Below are positions 55,820 through 64,000 of a DNA stretch of 64,000 bases, in pieces. Within the stretch, counting starts at the first letter, position 1. Every line of letters starts with the position of its first letter. Under the pieces are notes generated by a model, which worked only from the letters and a program-made list of their open reading frames with translations, did not search any database and was not told the DNA's origin. Source of the stretch: an uncultured Acidobacteriota bacterium (GTDB lineage Bacteria > Acidobacteriota > Vicinamibacteria > Marinacidobacterales > DATDRI01); NCBI GenBank assembly GCA_963722765.1, contig CAVROO010000014.1, forward strand, positions 322,976 through 386,975, read 5' to 3'. Made by a program: the position numbers and the translations under genes.

Positions 55820-57662
55820 TCAGGAGTTCTCGTCGGTCTTCAAAACCGCCACGAAGGCCGATTGCGGGATCTCCACGGCTCCCACCATCTTCATGCGCTT
55901 TTTTCCCGCCTTTTGCTTCTCGAGGAGCTTGCGTTTCCGGGTTATGTCACCGCCGTAGCACTTGGCGGTGACGTCCTTTCGGTAGGCGTTGATCGTGCTC
56001 CTCGCGATGATTTTGCCGCCAATGGTGCCTTGAATGGCGATCTTGAACTGCTGGCGAGGGATGGTCTCCGCCAATCTCTCGCAGTAGTGAAGTGCGCGCT
56101 GCCGCGCTTTGTCTCGATGGACGAGTTGTGAAAGGGCATCCACACGCTCGCTGTTGACGAGAATATCCACTCTCACGACGTCGGTCTCGCGTAGGTCGAG
56201 CATCTCGTAGTCGAAAGAGCCATACCCTTGCGTCACCGTTTTCAAGCGGTCATAGAAGTCGAAGAGCACTTCCGCCAGCGGTAGCTCCGACGTGAGCTCG
56301 ACACGACCCACGGCGAGATAGTTGAACGTCGTATTCAAGCCCCGACGCTCTCGGCAGAGCTCCATGACGGCTCCCAGGTAACGCTCCGGCATCATCACCG
56401 AGCCCTTGATATAGGGTTCCTCGGCACCGGCGATGCTCATCGGATCCGGATAGAGTGCCGGATTATCGATCATCTCGACTTCCCCGGATTCGAGCGTAAA
56501 GCGGTATTTCACCGTAGGAGCGGAAAGCAGAAGAGCGAGTCCGTACTCGCGCTCCAGACGTTCCTGCACCACGTCGAGATGTAAGAGCCCCAGGAACCCG
56601 CAGCGAAAGCCGAATCCCAGCGCCACGGAAGAGTCTTTCTCGTAGGTTAGAGACGCGTCGTTGAGAGCAAGCTTGTCGAGAGCCTTGACGAGATCCTCGT
56701 AGTCGTCCGTCGATATCGGGTACATCGAGGAGAAGACGACGGGTTTGGCCTCCTTGTAACCCGGTAGCGGCTCCGACGCCGGCCGGTCCATCCCGGTAAT
56801 GGTGTCGCCAATGGCGATGTCCCTCACGGTTTTGATATTCGCGATGACATAGCCAACGGCACCCGGTTCGAGGCCTTTCGTCTTCACTTTTTTGAGCTGT
56901 AAGAGTCCCACCTCCTCGATGTCGAACTCTTTGACCGAATGCATGAGCCGGATACGCTGGCCGGGCCGTAAGGTGCCGTCCATGACCCGGCAGAGCATCA
57001 CGACACCGCGGTAGACGTCGTATTGCGCGTCGAAGATGAGCGCTTTGGTCGGCGCCTCTGCGTCGCCCTTTGGAGGCGGGAGCTTTTGGACGATGGCTTC
57101 GAGTAATTCGTCAATGCCCTGCCCGAGCTTGGCCGACACCTGCACAGCCTCGAAGGGATCGAGACCGAGATCGGCTTCGATCTCCTCACTGACCCGATCC
57201 ACGTCGGCGGACGGTAGATCGATCTTGTTGATGACCGGCAGAAGATCGAGCTCGTACTCGAGAGCCAGGTACATGTTGGCCACGGTCTGAGCTTCGACTC
57301 CCTGGGAAGCATCGACGAGAAGGAGCGCGCCTTCGCAAGACATCAGCGAACGCCGCACTTCATGCGAGAAATCCACGTGCCCGGGCGTGTCGATGAGGTT
57401 GAGCTGGTAGGTCTCACCGTCCTTGGCTTTGTAGCTCAGCGTCACCGTGTTGCTCTTGATGGTAATGCCTCGTTCGCGCTCGATGTCCATGGAATCCAGG
57501 ATCTGATCGCGGAAATCGCGGTCCTGCGACCCCTCCGCACCGCTGGATGAGACGGTCGGCGAGGGTAGACTTGCCATGGTCGATATGGGCAATAATGCAG
57601 AAGTTGCGAATATGCTTCAAAGATTTCCCCTGGCCGGGGCCTTCATATCCCGGCGATGACAA
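55820..57662 (-). CDS. lepA: Translation elongation factor 4 (LepA), frameshift at the G4 run near 57530
   Basis: [23 protein letters not shown] in ORF 57414..57662 continues as [23 protein letters not shown]... in ORF 55820..57592. Deleting one G restores ..[16 protein letters not shown]... An alternative start is the TTG at 57620. Confidence 0.9.
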
Positions 57663-57787
57663 ACCCCCAGTTTAGCATGGAGGTATCGTTTTCTCCCTGC
57701 TCGTTCCTGGATGGCCTGGATCGTGGGTGTCCATCTTGGGATCAGTTGCGGCTCGATGTAGAATCCGCCTTTCGTTGAAGGGGAAGC

Positions 57788-58993
57788 TTGACGGATCATC
57801 CCGCTATTACCCAGCTCGAGGCACGTCGTTTAGCACTGGCCCGCGCCGGCCTTATGAAGCCCGAGTGGACCGGTTTTCCTACACGGGCGAAGGCAGCGGG
57901 CCCGCGGGCTCGAAGTGCCTGCCACGCCGCGATCGAACGATTCGGCTACCTCCAGTTGGACACGATTTCCATCGCGGGGGCACGCAGCCACGGCATCTTC
58001 CTCTTGTCCCGACTGGAAAGTCTGGATCCCGCTCTCCCCGAGGAGCTCCTGCAGCCCGGCGAGCCCCTATTCGAGTACTGGGGGCATGAAGCGAGCTGGA
58101 TTCCCATCGAGCTTTATCCGGTTTTCGCGTTCCGCCGGAAGGCGTTCCGTATCCACCCGTGGTACGGCGATCTCCTCGGTGAACATCGCCCGCTTGCCCG
58201 TAAAATTCTTCGGCGGATAAGGGATGAAGGCCCCCTAGGGTCGGCAGACTTCGAGGGAACCCGGCATAACACCATGTGGGGCCTGAAGCTCTCGAACAAG
58301 CTGTTGGGAGCACTGTGGTCCTGTGGCGAGTTGGCCATTCGAGAGCGCCGAAAATTCCAGCGCGTCTACGACCTTGCGGAGCGAGTCATTCCGGATGAGT
58401 GGAGGTCGAAATCCGTCCGGAAGCATGAGGCTATCAAAGTCCTTCTGCTGAAGTCGCTCGAGGGTCATGGATGGGCACCCACAAAAACCCTATCGGCGAC
58501 ATGGCGATTTAAAAATCAGCAAAAAGAGGTCCGTGCTGCTCTCGAGGAGCTGCACGAAGACGGAAGTATCTCGCCTTGTTCGGTCGATCTCCCTTCAGGA
58601 CACAAGCTCGCCGGTTGGATCCGCCCCGACGACTTGGAGCTCGTCTCGCGCCTACGTCGAATCCGGCCGCGCCGCGACCGGGGCGTCCTTCTCACACCTT
58701 TCGATCCCATCCTGTGGGACCGAGAGCGTGTCAAGCAACTCTTCGATTTCGACCAAATACTGGAGATCTACAAACCGGCGCCTCAACGCATCTACGGGTA
58801 CTTCTGTTTGCCCGTCCTGTCGGGGGATCGCCTAGTGGCGCGCTGTGACACGAAGGCGGACCGTCCCGGCGGAATCCTCAGAGTTTTGTCCGTGCGTTAT
58901 GAAGACGACGCTTCAGCGCAGGATAAAGAAGCGACACGCCTTGCGCTCGAGCGGTACAGCCGAGCCCTCGAGTTGAAGACGGTGTTCGCGTGA
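57788..58993 (+). CDS. Winged-helix DNA glycosylase family protein (YcaQ/AlkZ-like, HTH_42/DUF1006)
   Basis: FGYLQLDTISIAGARSH, LFEYWGHEASWIP and YGYFCLPVL motifs are characteristic of the YcaQ family. Confidence 0.7.
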   Translation: MTDHPAITQLEARRLALARAGLMKPEWTGFPTRAKAAGPRARSACHAAIERFGYLQLDTISIAGARSHGIFLLSRLESLDPALPEELLQPGEPLFEYWGHEASWIPIELYPVFAFRRKAFRIHPWYGDLLGEHRPLARKILRRIRDEGPLGSADFEGTRHNTMWGLKLSNKLLGALWSCGELAIRERRKFQRVYDLAERVIPDEWRSKSVRKHEAIKVLLLKSLEGHGWAPTKTLSATWRFKNQQKEVRAALEELHEDGSISPCSVDLPSGHKLAGWIRPDDLELVSRLRRIRPRRDRGVLLTPFDPILWDRERVKQLFDFDQILEIYKPAPQRIYGYFCLPVLSGDRLVARCDTKADRPGGILRVLSVRYEDDASAQDKEATRLALERYSRALELKTVFA

Positions 58994-58997
58994 TCGG

Positions 58998-61642
58998 CTA
59001 GTTGTTGGCCGTGTAGAACAGCGAATTGAACAGGAGCTTAAAAGTACCGTGGGGTTGCGCCCTCTGCTTGACTCCGAAGCCGAGAAGAATCACTCTCCCT
59101 TTGCCCATCGGGACGTCTACCGCCGCTGCCTTGTTTGTGATATGTTCCTCACCCTTCAAGTAACCGCTCAATAGGAGTTTGTCTTCCGGGTATTTGGAAA
59201 TCACTCGCGGCATTCCTCCTTCTGAAAACGTTGGGAGGATTTCGAAGGCGGTGCCCTGGTAGAACATTGCGGGAGCCTCTTTAGGCATTCCATAGGCGAC
59301 CGGGTGGTGGGTGTCGAAGCTCATCCTCAAAACCGAGCCAGGGCAAGCAAACCGGACATCCGCCGCCTTGGGCGACTCCATGGACCGACTGCGGCGACCC
59401 GGCGGCCGCAATCCCTCGAGAGCATCGCTCACCGGCAATCCCATTGTCTCGAGTGCGAAAAGACTGGCCTGCCTCAATGCGATCAAAGTACCGCCTTCTT
59501 CGACGAACTTCCCGATGCTGGTCACCCCGGAGGTACCTAGCCCTCCGACGTACTTCGAGGCAATAGTTCCTTCCTCGTGTCCTTGAACGATGCTTTCGGT
59601 TCCCATCGATGGGATGATGAGAACGTCGAATTTCTTGCTGAGCTCTCCCGCCTTCACCTCGGAATCCGAGACGTTGGTGTAGGGGAACTCGAACTGTTCG
59701 AGGAGCCAGCGGGTCCATCCCTCATCTATCTCCGCGGTCCAGGATTTGTAAAGAGCAATCCGGGGGGCCTTGATTTCATGTGTCTCTACGGAGACTCGGC
59801 TCCCGATTCCGCCGATGTCGAGGAAGAGCTCGCCGGCGAGGTCCTCCATCATGGATCCCGAAACGCCGTTCGAAGGAACCACGAGACTCCCGGGAGGATG
59901 AGTCTTCCCGCCGGCGCTGAAGCTATCCTCGGCGCGGAGAACTTTTCCACCACTTTCGAGGATCCGGTTCACGGCAATGAAGCTGTTGTTGGTTTTGGGA
60001 GATATCAGATAGGCATAACCGGCGCTCTCGAACCTTCCCGGCTGGTGGTAGGACCTCGTCGAGACGAGACATGGGTACGTCCAGGGGCTCGTCCGCGGCT
60101 CGGACTTTGACGCCCATCTGGTGGGGGACCGTCCAGCCCGCCATGTCGTAAGGTGGAAGGTAGGAATCGGGGAAGGACTGCGGAGCGACGAGCCCTTGCC
60201 AGAGCGTCGGGTACTTGACCAGGTCGGGGTAGGCTTGTTCCTCGAAGATGGCTTTGACGAAGCGAGAAAAGGCTTGAGCCATGGGGACGATCCAGGTTCC
60301 CTCCGGATAGGTGACTCCGCTCACGACAAATGGCTGCTCCGCTTTGTAGACCTCAATCCCGGAAAAGACAAGATTGTCGAGCATACGGGCTGCGGTCGGC
60401 GGATCCCACTGGGCTTGGGGAATGATCCATGCGTAGGGAGGCTCGTTCTCGAACTTCTCAATCGTGTCTTTTCCCATCCGGTATCTGCTGTACAAGAACT
60501 TTTCGCGATAGACAGCCGCCGTGTGCAAGACCGCTTTGCTGGCCGTATTGGCATAATCCACAGCGTCTCCTAACCGCCACCATCCGCCTTTCCATGGATT
60601 GGGGTAGAAGACTCCGATCGTGAAATCCTTATAAGCCTCGGGGAAATCATCCAAGGTGTAGAAGTGAGGTGTTGCGTAATCATAGAGGTGGGTTTCGGTC
60701 ATGATGGAAATGATGTTGAAGAAGTCACAAAAGGAGTCCTCGTAGCCCGGGTATATGAAGTCATAGCGAAACCGGGAGATGGCGCCCGCTTTACCCTCGC
60801 TGTCGAAAGCATATCCCATGGCCGTGCCGATTAAGTTCTTCCCACGTATGAATAGAGGATGGAGATTGGGATTCGTCGGTTCAGCGGCCGGCGGTATCCA
60901 GATCCGGGCCGGGAAGGGCCCCCGCTGGTGATGGTCGTAAAGCACCACCGGATGCCACTCTCGAGTGACGAGCCTGGGTGATGTTCCGGGTTTCGATGAG
61001 ATTGTTCATGTAGGAGTCGCGGTTGTTGTCGTGGCCAGCATAGTGATGATAGAGCCAGGGCATGGGACTCGTTTCGTAGGGTGTTCCGACATTCGGCGTG
61101 TACCATTCCGACACGAGTGTCATTCCATCGGGGTTGGCGAATACGAGCAAAACGATGACGTTGTCGAGGATGAGTCGGGTATCGGCATCTCTGGCCGTCA
61201 GCAGGTCGTGGGCAAATTGGATGAGGGCTTGAGGCGGAGCGCATTCGGTGGCGTGGATTCCGGCATCGATCCACACCACGGCCTTTCCTTCTGAGGCCAA
61301 ACGGCGGGCTTCTGCGTCGTCGAGTCCTTTTGCTCGGGCCAGCCTTCCCGATATCTCCTTGTAGCGGTCCAAATCGGCCATGTTCTCCTCGGATGTGATC
61401 ACCGCGTAGATCATGGTTTTTCCGGTGGAGGTCTCTCCCATCTCAAAAACCTTCATCATGGGAGAAGCCTCGTCCAGAATCTTGTAATACTGAACCGCCT
61501 GTTCGTAGGTGGCCAGGTGATAGTCCGCCCCGACCTCGAAGCCCAGCACGTCTTCCGGGGGAGGAACTTGAGCAGAGGATGGCGCCGATTCAAAAAGGAG
61601 GATGAAGAGAGCGAACTGGATTGAGCAAAGCTTCCTGGACAT
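58998..61642 (-). CDS. Large secreted M14-family zinc carboxypeptidase-like protein, split over three frames (two frameshifts near 60950 and 59950)
   Basis: Signal peptide, HxxE zinc motif (IHATE), and NPDG..YAGHDNNRD. The sequence continues through ORFs 60881..61642, 59923..60948 and 58998..59972. Confidence 0.75.
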
Positions 61643-61842
61643 GCGTTACCTCCTGCCGACCTTCCGTAGCTGATCTTTCCGGCTTATCAGAATGCGTGGC
61701 AACGTGGAGACTCCGTAGGAGAAGTAATAGCGAAAATGCGTCTTGGGATTCTTGTGCCGACGCAGGCCAAAGTCAAATCCGAGCCGTGATACTATGCGCC
61801 ACGATTCCGACGAAGCTACGGTTTTATTGAGGAAGGTAAATC

Positions 61843-64000
61843 ATGACGATGCTTTCGTTCTTGCTCACCGCCGCTCTTGCGACCCAAGGATCTTTGATGC
61901 CACCGGAGGAGTTTCTGGGCCACCGCGTCGGCGAGGACTTCAAGTTGGCGGACTACCTGAAGGTTGTGGAGTACATGCGGGTTTTGGACGAAGCCTCGGA
62001 TCGGATACAGGTCCAAGAGCTTGGCAAGACCACTCTGGACAATCCCTTCGTCATGGTCGTTATCTCCTCCGAGGAGAACATCCGAAACATCGAGCTCCAC
62101 AAGGAGTCGATGCGCCAGCTTGGCCGATCCCAGACAACTGGCCGAGGAGGAGGCACGACGTCTTTATTCTGAAACGGCAAAGATGGTGGTCATGGTCGGG
62201 GTGAACATCCACTCCACCGAGATTGCGGCGAACCAGATGGTCATGGAGCTCGCCTACAACCTGGCCAAGGCGGAAACTCCGCTGTGCCGAGAAATACTGG
62301 ATAACGTGATCCTGCTCTTGGTTCCTTCCGTCAATCCGGACGGCCAAAGGATCATCGTGGACTGGTATAACGAGAACCTGGGCACTCCCTATGAAGGGAG
62401 CCGTCCTCCCTGGCTCTATCACCACTACTCCGGCCACGACAACAACCGCGATTGGCACGTCTTCAACTTGAAGGAGACCCGCCTGCTGTCGCAGCAGCTC
62501 TATCACGAGTGGTTTCCGCCGATTGTCGTGGACGAGCACCAGATGGGAAGCTACGGAGCGCGTTTGTTCGTACCGCCCTACATGGATCCTCTCGATCCGA
62601 ATGTGGATCCACTCCTCGTTCGGGGGACGATGCTCATCGGTGGCGCTATATCGACGAGGCTCGAGCAGGCGGGGATGACAGGCGTGATTACCAACGCGAT
62701 GTACGATCACTGGTTCCCCGGCTACTTCAATTCGGCTCCGAAAGGCCACAACATGATCACGGTGCTGAGCGAGGCCGCCAGCGTACGTGTTGCTTCGCCT
62801 GTTTTCATCGAGAGCGACGAGCTCGAGGCGCCTCGCCGCAGCGTCCAATCCGGCTACGGCAAGGGTGAGACCTTTCCACATCCCTGGCCGGGGGGATGGT
62901 GGCGACTCCGTGACATCGTGGACTATGAGTTGGTCATGACCGAGGCGCTTCTCGAGCTTGCTCGCAAATACCGATCCCTTTTCCTCGAGAACTTCTACCT
63001 CATGGGCAAGCGAAATATCGAAAAGGGGGAGACCGAACCTCCCTACGCCTTTGTCTTTCCCGCCGAGCAACGCGATCCCGGCACCACCGCTCAGCTTCTG
63101 GACATCCTCGACTTCGGTGGTATCGAGGTCCACCGCGCGCGGGCGCCTTTCACGGCCGACGGGGTCTCTCACCCGGCGGGCTCGCATGTCGTTCTGATGT
63201 CCCAACCTTTTCGCGCCTTTGCCAAGTCTCTGCTGGAGAGGCAACACTATCCCGAAAGGCGACTGTATGAAGGTGGTCCGCCCGAACGGCCGTACGATGT
63301 GACCGCCTGGAGCCTGCCCCTTCAAATGGGAGTCGATGCCACGGCGGTGAGCCGTCCCTTCGAAGCCGACCTCGAAAGGACCGAAGACGTGGTCGTGACG
63401 GCTTCCTCTGTTCAGGGCGGTGGCCCTTACTTCGTGTTCTCCCATGCGCCGGTTGCAAGCGCGGTCGCTACGAACCGCCTCCTGAAAGAAGGGGGGAAAG
63501 TGTTCTGGCTAGAGGACACGGGCGAGGTTGCCGTGGCCGCCGGTTCAGTGTCCCGTTCGGTCGTGGACACTCTGGCCCGGGAGCAGGGCCTAAAGATTCG
63601 TTCCGCGGGGCCAAGGGGAAATGCGTACCGTTTGACCTTGCCGCGTGTCGCACTCTACAAACCTTGGACGGGGAACATGGACGAGGGATGGACTCGGCTC
63701 GTTCTCGAAAATCACGAGTTCGCTTTTCAAAACGTGACCGATGCCGACATCCAGGCGGGCGCTCTTTCGAACTTTGACGCGCTGGTGCTCCCCGATGCAA
63801 GCGCTGAGTCGCTCGAAAAGGGCCGTGAGCCCGGAACGCTACCACCCCAATATACGGGAGGTCTCGGTGAGCAGGGCCTTATCGAAATCCGCAAGTGGGT
63901 CGAGGCAGGAGGCACGCTGGTGGCACTCGACACCGCGAGCGATTTGGCCATCGAAACGCTCGACCTTTCGGTGAAAAACGTGCTCGCGGACGTATCGGTC
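61843..64000 (+). CDS. Paralogous M14-family carboxypeptidase-like protein (frameshift near 62121; 3' end outside window)
   Basis: ORF 61843..62172 (signal peptide, ..VMVVISSEENI..) continues in the frame starting at about 62117: LADPRQLAEEEARRLYSETAKMVVMVGVNIHSTE...NPDG...YSGHDNNRD.... This frame is open to 64000 and collinear with the 58998..61642 protein. It is not in the ORF track because it has no stop codon in the window. Confidence 0.75.

Noticed and set aside
12803-62130. Programmed ribosomal frameshifting or recoding as the explanation for the many frame changes.
   Set aside because: The sites share no slippery heptamer or downstream structure. Shifts go in both directions, several map to simple homopolymer runs, and they affect unrelated housekeeping genes. 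Sequencing or consensus error is more parsimonious.

Overview
About 58% GC bacterial chromosomal window, probably from an uncultured or metagenome-assembled genome; the gene content has an Acidobacteria-like flavour, but that is only a guess. Most of it is housekeeping and envelope genes: lpxA, lepB, ccdA plus a cytochrome c, acpS, an mglA-like GTPase, comM/yifB, secA, guaB, tsaE, nnr, lepA, a hemW remnant, peptidoglycan hydrolases and M14 peptidases. There are two accessory patches. The first (about 32.9-40.3 kb) holds a MITE, an IS element, a collagen-like surface protein, an RHH pair, vapBC and three ICMT-family methyltransferases. The second (about 51.0-54.6 kb) holds MITEs, brnTA inside the remains of a MalT/LuxR STAND regulator, and unknown ORFs. 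I found no rRNA, tRNA or CRISPR array. Four points stand out. (1) Intergenic DNA is unusually rich in repeat families: a modular 'TAAATCC-hairpin-GTTTCATTCC-(GAGTTCTN)n' element in about 10 copies, with one module amplified into a 6 x 51 bp array, plus two related MITE-like elements in 3 copies each that are built around GGGAC-NN-GTCCC palindromes. (2) A two-gene microcompartment module pairs a BMC-H shell protein with an acylating aldehyde dehydrogenase that carries a long C-terminal tail. (3) Several domain architectures are odd: a DnaB-like protein with no Walker A, a radical SAM/SPASM protein with a novel N-terminal domain, fused tandem DUF4438-like units, and an MglA-like GTPase with a possible long extension. 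(4) More than 20 single-nucleotide frameshifts fall in clearly conserved genes. Several sit in homopolymer runs, so I read most of them as consensus or assembly errors. Many ORFs in the supplied track therefore need joining.
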